Below are positions 1 through 8,096 of a DNA stretch of 64,000 bases, in pieces (within the stretch, counting starts at the first letter, position 1; the number at the start of each line of letters is the position of its first letter). The notes under the pieces were generated by a model that worked only from the letters and a program-made list of their open reading frames with translations, was not told the origin of the DNA and did not search any database. Position numbers and translations under genes: made by a program. The DNA is from a virus: positions 101,257-165,256 of the IMG/VR virus record IMGVR_UViG_3300017917_001112. One strand, given 5' to 3'.

Positions 1-39
1 TTCCACGAAATGTTGCTGTGTTCAGCAGTAAATAATTGC

Positions 40-68
40 TTGACATTTAATTGGTAATTTGGTATAAT
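40..68 (+). promoter_or_regulatory. sigma70-type early promoter
   Basis: TTGACA-17 nt-TATAAT. Confidence 0.85.
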
Positions 69-91
69 TTAATTTTGTTATGGAGAATGTG

Positions 92-1240
92 ATGAATCAA
101 GAAGTGTTTGAATCTAAATTGTTCGAGATGTTCCCCGATGTTAAATCGTCAGGTACAGTTTCTCGTCAGCAAATTGTTTCCACCATGGAACAACTTGGCA
201 CCAACAAGTATCCCACATGGTTGATGGTAAATAAAGTTGGTCGTGGTCTTTATGCTATTGCTGGTGGCGCAAGTAATGCTGTTGCTAAACCTGCTGAAAC
301 TTTCGAGAATGATGTGCGAAAACTCAATTATGTAACTGAAGCAACTGTTGCTGCTCCCCTCGTCGATCCGAACTATGTTGCTTGGGGTAATCACAGCGAT
401 GTCGATGCTATTCTAAAATCTAAACTGTTCCATCCGATCTATATCACAGGTCCGACTGGTAATGGTAAGTCCACGATGGTCGAGCAGATTTGTGCTAAAC
501 ATAAAATCCCTCTCATTCGTGTTAACTTGAACGCAACCGATGACGAAGATAAACTGATTGCGTCTAAGACCCTTGTCGATGGCAATGTAGTTGTCGAAGA
601 TGGTCCAGTCGTTATCGCTATGCGTAAGGGTATTCCTATTCTGATTGACGAAATTGATGCTGGTGGCGCAAACCTGCTCATGTGTCTTCAGGGTGTTCTA
701 GAGGGCAAACCCCTATACATCAAAGCAAAGAACGAAATCGTGTATCCTCAACAGGGGTTCAATGTTATTGCAACTGCCAACACCAAAGGTAAAGGCAGTG
801 ATGATGGTCGATACATTGGTACCAATGTGTTGAATGAAGCATTCCTAGAGCGTTTTGCTATCGTTTTTGAGCAAGAGTATCCTGGTGCCAAAGTCGAAGC
901 GAAGATTGTTACTAATTTGATGAAGTCACTGAATTGTCTTGATGGCGAATTTACTTCAGTGTTAATCAAATGGGCAGATGCGATTCGTCGCACGTTCGAG
1001 GATGGTGGTGTTGACGAAACAATTACGACTCGTCGTTTGGTTCACATCGTGAAGAACTTTGCGATCTATAAGGACAAGCGTAAATCTGTTCAGTTGGCTA
1101 TCAATCGATTCGACAGCCACACCAAAGATGCATTCTTGGATTTGTTCGATAAAGTCGCAGCTGATCCGAATGTTGATTTGAACCCAGCACCGATCGAACA
1201 GCCTGTTGTGAAACAGCCTGATGAAGAAGTACCATTTTAA
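92..1240 (+). CDS. cobS: MoxR/CobS-like AAA+ ATPase of T4-like phages
   Basis: Walker A GPTGNGKS, Walker B ILIDEID, ATANTKGKG, NEAFLERF, TTRRL; GGAG SD before ATG 92 (alternative start 80). Confidence 0.85.
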   Translation: MNQEVFESKLFEMFPDVKSSGTVSRQQIVSTMEQLGTNKYPTWLMVNKVGRGLYAIAGGASNAVAKPAETFENDVRKLNYVTEATVAAPLVDPNYVAWGNHSDVDAILKSKLFHPIYITGPTGNGKSTMVEQICAKHKIPLIRVNLNATDDEDKLIASKTLVDGNVVVEDGPVVIAMRKGIPILIDEIDAGGANLLMCLQGVLEGKPLYIKAKNEIVYPQQGFNVIATANTKGKGSDDGRYIGTNVLNEAFLERFAIVFEQEYPGAKVEAKIVTNLMKSLNCLDGEFTSVLIKWADAIRRTFEDGGVDETITTRRLVHIVKNFAIYKDKRKSVQLAINRFDSHTKDAFLDLFDKVAADPNVDLNPAPIEQPVVKQPDEEVPF

Positions 1241-1241
1241 T

Positions 1242-1270
1242 TTGACAAAAAATCAAATACGAAGTATAAT
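1242..1270 (+). promoter_or_regulatory. sigma70-type early promoter
   Basis: TTGACA-17-TATAAT. Confidence 0.85.
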
Positions 1271-1300
1271 TTAATTTGAAAATTGATAAGGAGTTTTACT

Positions 1301-1672
1301 ATGTTGAAATATGCAGATCTTACTAAGTCTCAAAAGCGTTTTATTGATGCACTCGTTCGCGAGTTTCCTGCTGTTGCGAAAACAGGTCAGGTATCTCGTA
1401 AAGAACTCGAGTCTATCTATTGGACGCTGAACGAAAAGCGTACAACTGGTGGTGAGAAAGTTGGTTTTCCCAACTGGTTGACTGCTAAGAATAAAGTTGG
1501 TCGTGGTGTTTTCGGACTACCTTTGCCTGAAGCAACTGCTGCGAAGGTTAAGAAATCCGCACTCGAGGAAAAGACTAAGTTCGAGAAAATTATCGAAGAG
1601 TCTGGTAGCGATGACTACTACGACCAAGAAGTAGAAGATATTAAGACTAGCATTGCTCAGTCCAATATCTAA
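1301..1672 (+). CDS. hypothetical protein, paralogous to the N-terminal domain of the upstream AAA ATPase
   Basis: AGGAG SD; shares G.VSR...P.WL..NKVGRG.(Y/F). Confidence 0.75.
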   Translation: MLKYADLTKSQKRFIDALVREFPAVAKTGQVSRKELESIYWTLNEKRTTGGEKVGFPNWLTAKNKVGRGVFGLPLPEATAAKVKKSALEEKTKFEKIIEESGSDDYYDQEVEDIKTSIAQSNI

Positions 1673-1682
1673 TTGTTTTGAA

Positions 1683-1733
1683 GAGAGATGCGCATGTGGT
1701 CACCAGTGCGCATTTTCTCATTTGTGTGGTGAC
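1683..1733 (+). promoter_or_regulatory. predicted H-type pseudoknot in 5' leader
   Basis: stem GATGCGCA/TGCGCATT; loop GTCACCA complementary to TGGTGAC at 1727-1733. Confidence 0.5.
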
Positions 1734-1752
1734 AAAATAGGAGATCATGTAA

Positions 1753-2016
1753 ATGACTACTACGAAGAAAGCAATGCTGTTGAAGCATTTGGAAGCTGGC
1801 AAGGAATTTACTGCAAAGCAAATTTCTGCATCTTTCGGTTATAAGAACCCTTACCGTGCAGTAGAGTATCTACGTTCTGAAGGTCATTGTGTTTATGCAA
1901 ACACAAAGACACTAAGCACAGGCGAGCGTGTTGTTAAATACCGTATTGGTAAGCCAAGCAAGCGTATGGTAGCATTGGCGAACCAGATTATGGGTGCTGC
2001 TGCTTTTACTCGCTAA
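1753..2016 (+). CDS. small winged-HTH-like DNA-binding protein
   Basis: 87 aa, basic, FTAKQI...NPYRAVEYLRSEG pattern; AGGAG SD. Confidence 0.6.
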   Translation: MTTTKKAMLLKHLEAGKEFTAKQISASFGYKNPYRAVEYLRSEGHCVYANTKTLSTGERVVKYRIGKPSKRMVALANQIMGAAAFTR

Positions 2017-2032
2017 GTATTAAGTGAGTTGC

Positions 2033-2059
2033 GTCTGGATTCTTTTCGAGAATCCAGAC
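2033..2059 (+). terminator. strong hairpin (terminator or processing site)
   Basis: 11-bp perfect stem GTCTGGATTCT/AGAATCCAGAC, weak U-tail. Confidence 0.5.
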
Positions 2060-2089
2060 TCATTTGCATTTGGTAGTGAGGATAAAATA

Positions 2090-2461
2090 ATGGCGACAAG
2101 AAAAAGCAAACAAGTTAAAGATCAAATCACAGACGCAGTAACAGCATCGCAGAATGCAACAACAGGTGGGCGTAAGTTTGATGGAGGAAAACCACAGTAT
2201 GGTTTGCTTCCACCATTAGCATTAAGAGCTACTGTTGATGTGTTGACTTTTGGTGCAGTAAAGTACGAACCAGACAACTGGAAATATGTTCCTGATTCTA
2301 AGCGTAGATATTTTGATGCACTTCAGAGACATCTCTGGGCATATAAAGAGGGAGAACAAATTGATCCAGAGTCAGGTATGCATCATTTGGCGCACGCAAT
2401 GTGTTGTCTAATGTTTTTATACGAACATGATGTGAAATACTCTTTAGAGGAATCTAAATAG
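2090..2461 (+). CDS. dATP/dGTP diphosphohydrolase domain protein (DUF5664-like)
   Basis: GRKFDGGKP..LLP, GAVKY..DNW, RHL..., DPESGMHHLAHA. Confidence 0.8.
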   Translation: MATRKSKQVKDQITDAVTASQNATTGGRKFDGGKPQYGLLPPLALRATVDVLTFGAVKYEPDNWKYVPDSKRRYFDALQRHLWAYKEGEQIDPESGMHHLAHAMCCLMFLYEHDVKYSLEESK

Positions 2462-2488
2462 TTATGTATAAACAAGATGGAGGTTTCT

Positions 2489-2728
2489 ATGTCAGACGAA
2501 ATTCAAAAAGAACAACACTCAAAACGCATCCATCAAAGAAAAGTAAAAGAGCGAAAACAAGTAAAGATTGCTAAGTCGCATGGTATTGAAGTAGATAGTC
2601 CTCATCGTTTTTCTAAACATCATGCAATGGATTGTGGTAACCCAGAGTGTATGTTGTGTGGTAATCCTAGAAAAACTTTTGGTGAGAAAACTATTCAAGA
2701 AAAGAGATTTAATCAGATAGATGAGTAA
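2489..2728 (+). CDS. small basic Zn-binding hypothetical protein
   Basis: CGNPECMLCGNPRK; GGAGG SD. Confidence 0.65.
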   Translation: MSDEIQKEQHSKRIHQRKVKERKQVKIAKSHGIEVDSPHRFSKHHAMDCGNPECMLCGNPRKTFGEKTIQEKRFNQIDE

Positions 2729-3275
2729 TTTTAGATTTATAGAACATAATGTAGATGTAAGTAAAATCCTAAAACAATTGCAGGACAATCCTCAAGATTG
2801 GAAAGCAGTTTCTGGTTATGAAAGCACTGGTGGAGATAAAGATCCTTACGGATTTTTACCACTCACCATGGCAGTTGTAAGAAATCCTACGGATGATCCA
2901 AAAACAACAGAGATGCAAACAAACACACCAATGTTTACAAAATATTTTGAGATGATTCGTTGGTTGCGTTCTAGAGGAATTAAAGTAACTTCTCGTGCTG
3001 CTTTTTTTAAAATGGCAGTCGGTGACGAAGTTGGTCGCCATATTGATATTGGTACATACTATTTGACAAGAGATAGATTTCATTTATCCATTTCTGGTAG
3101 ATACTTGTATGAATGTGATGGCGAAGAACATATTATCGAACCAGGAACTTTCTTTTGGTTTGATAATAAAAAATATCACAGTGCTGTAAATATTGGTAAT
3201 TGTGATCGACTTACTTTTGTTTTCGATGTACCACATTCACATCACCATCCAAACAACAGTAAAAATTTTATTTGA
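2721..3275 (+). CDS. 2OG-Fe(II) oxygenase, aspartyl/asparaginyl beta-hydroxylase-like
   Basis: HID motif, RFHL, FWFDNKKYHSAVN, DRLTFVFD. Confidence 0.8.
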   Translation: MSNFRFIEHNVDVSKILKQLQDNPQDWKAVSGYESTGGDKDPYGFLPLTMAVVRNPTDDPKTTEMQTNTPMFTKYFEMIRWLRSRGIKVTSRAAFFKMAVGDEVGRHIDIGTYYLTRDRFHLSISGRYLYECDGEEHIIEPGTFFWFDNKKYHSAVNIGNCDRLTFVFDVPHSHHHPNNSKNFI

Positions 3276-3300
3276 CAAAAACACACAAACACAGTATAAT
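3272..3300 (+). promoter_or_regulatory. sigma70-type promoter
   Basis: TTGACA-17-TATAAT. Confidence 0.85.
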
Positions 3301-3347
3301 GATTATACATATTAATGTACCCATTTGAATTGAAGGAGAACCAACAA

Positions 3348-4007
3348 ATGAAACTATCTAAAGACACACAAAATTTACTTAAGAACTTTGCATCTATCAA
3401 CTTGAATTTGCTTTTGCGTGAGGGAAACAAACTCTCAACTATGAGCGAAAACAAAACAATCATTTCTGAAGTTACTGTTGCTGAACAGTTTCCGCAGAAT
3501 TTTGGAATCTATGATGTAAATGAATTTTTGGCTGTGTTGACATTGTTTAATGATCCCGATTTGGCATTCAGTAATGATGTTGTAACTGTCAAAGAAGGCA
3601 AGAATCAAATCGTTTACAAAGCAGCAGAAGAAAGCACTTTGAAAACACCAAGTAAGTCTATTCAATTCCCAGAAGCAGAGATTAATTTCTCACTGTCTGC
3701 TGCGGATCTAGAACACATTATCAAATCAGCAGGTATTCTTAAAGTTTCTGACGTATCATTTATCGGCAGAGATGGTAAGTTAGTTGCTCTGGTCATCGAT
3801 AAGAAAAATCCTCTAACAAATAAATTTGAAATTGATGTTGGCACAACAGATAAAACATTCCAAGCAAACATGAAAATTGAGAATTTTAAGATGTTGCCTG
3901 GATCGTATAATGTATCCATCGCAAAAATGAAAATCTGTCGTTTCAAATCAACAACCAATGATTTAACATATTACGTAGCAGTAGAATCTGATTCAACAGC
4001 TGAGTAA
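3348..4007 (+). CDS. 45: sliding clamp gp45
   Basis: MKLSKDTQNLLKNFASIN, FGIYDVNEFL, YYVAVE; position in 45-44-62-regA cluster. Confidence 0.93.
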   Translation: MKLSKDTQNLLKNFASINLNLLLREGNKLSTMSENKTIISEVTVAEQFPQNFGIYDVNEFLAVLTLFNDPDLAFSNDVVTVKEGKNQIVYKAAEESTLKTPSKSIQFPEAEINFSLSAADLEHIIKSAGILKVSDVSFIGRDGKLVALVIDKKNPLTNKFEIDVGTTDKTFQANMKIENFKMLPGSYNVSIAKMKICRFKSTTNDLTYYVAVESDSTAE

Positions 4008-4023
4008 TTGAAGGGATTATATT

Positions 4024-4965
4024 ATGAGTCGTGATGAATTTTTATGGTGCGAGAAGTATCGCCCAAAAACTATCGATGAATGTGTTCTTCCGCAACAACT
4101 GAAGGATACTTTTAAAGAATATATAAAGAACGGACAACTTCCAAATTTTATTTTTTCTGGAAGCGCAGGTGTTGGTAAAACAACAGTTGCACGTGCATTG
4201 TGTAATGAACTTGGAGCAGATTATCTTTTTATCAACGGATCGGAAGAGAGAGGTATCGATGTATTACGAACAAAAATTAAAAGTTTTGCCTCGTCTGTTA
4301 GTCTCACAGAGGCAGGAGCAAAAGTCGTCATCCTTGATGAAGCCGACTATCTCACGCCAGACACACAAGCAGCCCTGCGTGCTTTTATCGAAGAGTTTTC
4401 CAACAACTGTAGATTCATCCTTACCTGCAACTTCAAAAACAGAATCATCACTCCACTCCACAGTCGATGCTCAGTAGTTGAGTTTCGTATTGAGTCGGCT
4501 GAGAAACCTAAGATTGCTGCGAATTTCTTTCGCAGGATTGTAGATATTCTCAACGCAGAGAGTGTTGAATCTGATAATAAAGTTGTAGCGAAAGTTGTTG
4601 AGACATTCTTTCCAGACTTCCGTAGAGTTCTAAACGAACTTCAGCGTTATTCTGTTGGTGGTCGTATCGACACAGGTATCTTAGCAAATCTTTCTGATGA
4701 ATCCATGAAAGAATTACTCGGTTATCTAAAATCCAAAGATTTTATGAAAGCAAGACTGTGGGTTGCAAAGAACAATGATATTGAGACATCTGTATTGTTC
4801 CGTAGACTTTATGACACAGCAGCAGATTTTCTTGAACAATCGTCTATTCCAGTTTTAATTTTAACTCTGGCAGATTATCAGTACAAGGCAGCATTTGTGG
4901 CTGATGTCGAGGTTAATAATGTTGCTGCGTTGATGGAGATTATTGCTAATTGTAAATTCAAGTGA
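4024..4965 (+). CDS. 44: clamp loader large subunit gp44
   Basis: LWCEKYRP, GSAGVGKTT, ILDEAD, SRC motif. Confidence 0.95.
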   Translation: MSRDEFLWCEKYRPKTIDECVLPQQLKDTFKEYIKNGQLPNFIFSGSAGVGKTTVARALCNELGADYLFINGSEERGIDVLRTKIKSFASSVSLTEAGAKVVILDEADYLTPDTQAALRAFIEEFSNNCRFILTCNFKNRIITPLHSRCSVVEFRIESAEKPKIAANFFRRIVDILNAESVESDNKVVAKVVETFFPDFRRVLNELQRYSVGGRIDTGILANLSDESMKELLGYLKSKDFMKARLWVAKNNDIETSVLFRRLYDTAADFLEQSSIPVLILTLADYQYKAAFVADVEVNNVAALMEIIANCKFK

Positions 4966-4972
4966 GGTTTAT

Positions 4973-5356
4973 ATGACACCATTTGATTTTATTAATTCCA
5001 TCAATCAAACAAAAGATGCTAACATAATTAAGGAACCACAGGCTGAGAAAGACTACAAAGCATTCATTATTAACAGGGGTCTAGCATACTTCCCAGACAC
5101 TGTTTTACAAGCCAACGAAATGAATCGTCGTCCATGGACTCCAAGGGACTGGCAATTTTCGTTTTTGCTAAATAGTATTACCAAGAAAAAACGATTCAGT
5201 AAATGGGCTGAAAAACTGCCCAAGAACGAAGACTTGGACTTGGTTATGCAATACTATGATTATAGTAAACAAAAAGCAATGGCTGTTCTGAACTTATTGA
5301 CACCAGAGCAGTTGGCTATGATAAAACAAAAATTCGAAAAAGGTGGAAGACTATGA
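4973..5356 (+). CDS. 62: clamp loader small subunit gp62
   Basis: FIINRGLAYFPDTV..ANEMN, KKKRFSKW; synteny. Confidence 0.9.
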   Translation: MTPFDFINSINQTKDANIIKEPQAEKDYKAFIINRGLAYFPDTVLQANEMNRRPWTPRDWQFSFLLNSITKKKRFSKWAEKLPKNEDLDLVMQYYDYSKQKAMAVLNLLTPEQLAMIKQKFEKGGRL

Positions 5357-5778
5357 CAGTTGAAACAGTCTACTATGATTGGACTCCAGAAAGTATGCTC
5401 GAGGTGATACTCCCAGAACCAGATAACTTTCTAAAAATTAAAGAAACATTAACACGTATTGGTATTGCTTCACGCAAAGAGCATAAACTTTACCAATCGT
5501 GTCACATTTTGCACAAACAAGGCAGATATTTTATTGTGCATTTTAAAGAATTGTTCGCATTAGATGGAAAAGAATCTAACTTAACGAACAATGACATTGA
5601 GAGACGTAACACAGTTGCTGTGTTGTTGCAGGATTGGGGTTTGTTAAAAATTGCTAGTGCTGCTGCAGCAGAACCTCAAGCATCTTTATCTCAAATTAAG
5701 GTATTGTCCTTCAAAGAGAAAGATGAGTGGGAGCTTGTTCCGAAATATAATATCGGAAAAAAAGGTAGAATCAAGTAA
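5353..5778 (+). CDS. regA: translational repressor RegA
   Basis: FLKIKETLTRIGIAS, LYQSCHILHKQGRYFIVHFKELF. Confidence 0.96.
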   Translation: MTVETVYYDWTPESMLEVILPEPDNFLKIKETLTRIGIASRKEHKLYQSCHILHKQGRYFIVHFKELFALDGKESNLTNNDIERRNTVAVLLQDWGLLKIASAAAAEPQASLSQIKVLSFKEKDEWELVPKYNIGKKGRIK

Positions 5779-5826
5779 ACTAAGTTGCTCGTTCGAGCGT
5801 TAATGATATATGGAAGGTAAAATAAT

Positions 5827-6009
5827 ATGAGTGATAAAAATATAAAATTGGAATTGACAGCTGATGAAACGGATGTTATCCTATCTGCGCTAGGAGATCA
5901 ACCTTACATTAAGGTGCATGAACTAATCAATAAAATTCGTGTACAGGCAGTTCCACAGTGGCAAGCCATCCAGGAAGCGCAAAACCCTAAACAAAACTCC
6001 GAGGAGTAA
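5827..6009 (+). CDS. hypothetical protein
   Basis: 60-aa ORF with SD. Confidence 0.65.
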   Translation: MSDKNIKLELTADETDVILSALGDQPYIKVHELINKIRVQAVPQWQAIQEAQNPKQNSEE

Positions 6010-6011
6010 TT

Positions 6012-6326
6012 ATGAAATCATTAATTGCATTAGCAGTAACAACATTAATCTCAACTGCAGCATTTGCTCAAGCAGCAAAACAACCAGAAAATATTGGAAC
6101 AAAGCCAGCTACACCAGCTGAGAAAAAAGCAGAACCTGCTAAGAAAGCAGAACCTGCTAAGAAACCAGCAGCGAAAAAAGAAGAAGGTCCAAAACACGCA
6201 AGTGACAAGGTACAAGACAAGGTGTCTGCTAATATCGAGAAAAAGGTAGAAGCAAAGAAAGAGAAAGACGCCACTAAAAGTCAACCTAAAAAGGACGATA
6301 AAAAAGCAGAACCTGCTAAGAAGTAA
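6012..6326 (+). CDS. secreted Lys/Ala/Pro-rich low-complexity protein (acid-shock-protein-like)
   Basis: signal peptide ending AFA; KKAEPA repeats; GAGGAG SD. Confidence 0.7.
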   Translation: MKSLIALAVTTLISTAAFAQAAKQPENIGTKPATPAEKKAEPAKKAEPAKKPAAKKEEGPKHASDKVQDKVSANIEKKVEAKKEKDATKSQPKKDDKKAEPAKK

Positions 6327-6500
6327 TCCTTCTTTAGTATTCACTGATGACGAATACGAAGTCGACAGTGATGATAATTTACATAGAGGATATCGTCGTC
6401 CAGAGTTAGTCAAAAATGATAACGATGATGACGATCTTTCCGAATATGTAAAATTAAGACTTTTTTTAGCAAGATACATCGCTTTGGCAAAGTTTCATGC

Positions 6501-6508
6501 TATAAATA
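6501..6508 (+). promoter_or_regulatory. T4-type late promoter
   Basis: TATAAATA. Confidence 0.65.
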
Positions 6509-6513
6509 GTTAA

Positions 6514-6660
6514 TGTCCCATCGGGATGGGAACGTAAAGACTCTACTACCTTAGGAGCGTCTAACGCTGACACTACGATAAGGTGTCCCTGTACCACAGT
6601 AAGCAGGATTGACTATGCCAAATGGGTAGTCGTTTTTATTAACTCGCTGAAAAGGAGAAC
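6514..6660 (+). ncRNA. multi-hairpin structured leader ending in a ROSE-like thermometer hairpin
   Basis: stems TCCCAT/ATGGGA, AGCGT/ACGCT, GACAC/GTGTC, CCTG/CAGG, GACTA/TAGTC, then CTCGCT-GAAA-AGGAG. Confidence 0.55.
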
Positions 6661-6663
6661 AAT

Positions 6664-6888
6664 ATGTTATCAGCAATCAACACATCAATCGATACAGTAT
6701 CAGGTATCAAATCTAACTTCGTTAAGACATTCGTTCAAAACGAAGAAATCAAAAAACAACTCCAAACTTATATCGATGCTCAGCAATCATTTGCTAAGAA
6801 TGTCGCTAAGTCATCTGTAGATTTTTTTACTGCAGTTGGCATGTCGGCATCTTCATTTGATGCTAAAAAAGCATTCGCTACTAAGTAA
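6664..6888 (+). CDS. small amphipathic helical protein (phasin-like)
   Basis: 74 aa helical, AGGAG SD; family assignment tentative. Confidence 0.55.
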   Translation: MLSAINTSIDTVSGIKSNFVKTFVQNEEIKKQLQTYIDAQQSFAKNVAKSSVDFFTAVGMSASSFDAKKAFATK

Positions 6889-6897
6889 GGAGGAAAT

Positions 6898-7374
6898 ATG
6901 GGTCACGATTTCATCCCCACATTCTGGGGCACTAAAGATTTAGACAAATTCTTTGTTGGTTTTGAAGAGCCATTCGCTCGTCTACAAAAACTACATGATG
7001 ATGTAACCAAAAACATCCCAAACTATCCACCATACAACATTCGCAAGAATGATGATAACCATTATACCATTGAGATCGCTGTCGCTGGTTTCGGTCAGCA
7101 AGATATCGATATCGAAATGGCTGATGGTAAACTTATTGTTCGTGGAGAATTAAAGACTGATGAACAAAATGACTTCTTGTTCAAAGGAATCGCCAATCGT
7201 GCTTTCACTCGCTCATTCGTATTGAATGATGAAGTTGAAGTTAAGGATGCGGAGATGATCAATGGTATGCTTAAAATTTTCTTGGAGCGTTTAATTCCAG
7301 AACATAAGCAACCAAAGAAAATCGCAGTGAGATCTCGCAGCGAGAAGCAATTACTTACTGAGGATAAATCATGA
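6898..7374 (+). CDS. hsp20: small heat shock protein Hsp20 (IbpA-like)
   Basis: NYPPYNI, IEIAVAGF, KGIANRAFTRSF, NGMLKI. Confidence 0.95.
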   Translation: MGHDFIPTFWGTKDLDKFFVGFEEPFARLQKLHDDVTKNIPNYPPYNIRKNDDNHYTIEIAVAGFGQQDIDIEMADGKLIVRGELKTDEQNDFLFKGIANRAFTRSFVLNDEVEVKDAEMINGMLKIFLERLIPEHKQPKKIAVRSRSEKQLLTEDKS

Positions 7375-7505
7375 AAGCATTTTTCCGCAAAGTTTACATT
7401 GCTTTGAAGGGACTTGGTTATGCCAAAGCTGCTGCTGATCTTGCCAGAAATGGTAAGCATAAAGAAGCACAAGCATTAATGGCGAAATATGGAGAATGTA
7501 AATGA
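7371..7505 (+). CDS. small hypothetical protein (44 aa)
   Basis: MKAFFRKVYIALKGLGYAKAAADLARNGKHKEAQALMAKYGECK; GAGG SD; ATGA overlap. Confidence 0.6.
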   Translation: MKAFFRKVYIALKGLGYAKAAADLARNGKHKEAQALMAKYGECK

Positions 7506-7582
7506 ATAACTGGATCCCAATGACAGATGATGATTGGGATTGGGTAAATGGAAAAGTTCCAGCACCAAACCCAACTAAGTGA
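7502..7582 (+). CDS. 26-aa peptide
   Basis: MNNWIPMTDDDWDWVNGKVPAPNPTK; GGAG SD; ATGA overlap; ends just before terminator. Confidence 0.5.
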   Translation: MNNWIPMTDDDWDWVNGKVPAPNPTK

Positions 7583-7588
7583 TTAAAC

Positions 7589-7616
7589 AGGGGAGGAAAC
7601 TCCCCTTCATTTTTTT
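7589..7616 (+). terminator. rho-independent terminator
   Basis: AGGGGAG-GAAA-CTCCCCT followed by a T-run. Confidence 0.85.
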
Positions 7617-7635
7617 GGAAAGCATAAATATATGC

Positions 7636-7902
7636 ATGGAAGAAAAAAAAGTTACCATCAAAAATCGTGTTATATCTTACAGAACTGCTGTGAGAGGGAA
7701 TTGGGTAATCAAAGCATCCAATTACAACGATCAACAAGTCATTGTTATTGGTTATAACAAAGTATCTGCCCATTTTTTCACAAGAGTGTTTACCGACTTT
7801 AGAGAAGTTGTGGCTTTTATAGAGTTTGTCACGTTCAACCAGCTACCAACTCTTGATGGCGAAGAATTTCCCGAGTTTCAGGACCCCAAAAACGAACTGT
7901 AA
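7636..7902 (+). CDS. hypothetical protein
   Basis: ORF after CATAAATA late-promoter variant. Confidence 0.55.
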   Translation: MEEKKVTIKNRVISYRTAVRGNWVIKASNYNDQQVIVIGYNKVSAHFFTRVFTDFREVVAFIEFVTFNQLPTLDGEEFPEFQDPKNEL

Positions 7903-7924
7903 GCCCATTTTTTGGCTTTTCCAG

Positions 7925-7956
7925 CCCCAAACCCCTATACCAACCCCAAAAACCCC
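7925..7956 (-). other. G-quadruplex-forming motif
   Basis: minus strand GGGG-TTTTT-GGGG-TTGGTATA-GGGG-TTT-GGGG. Confidence 0.55.
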
Positions 7957-8037
7957 TCCAAGGACCCAAAAATCGTCCTGTAGGGGTCTTTTTTTGACCA
8001 AAAACCCCTATTTTTAGTAGGTTTTTCTAAAAAACCC

Positions 8038-8066
8038 TTGACATTTATTCGTTTTGGCTGTATAAT
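8038..8066 (+). promoter_or_regulatory. sigma70-type early promoter
   Basis: TTGACA-17-TATAAT. Confidence 0.88.
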
Positions 8067-8096
8067 TACTCTATAATGATTGAAAAAGGACTTGAT

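Noticed and set aside
6120-6170. Short tandem repeat AAAGCAGAACCTGCTAAG
   Set aside because: Explained by the KKAEPA coding repeat
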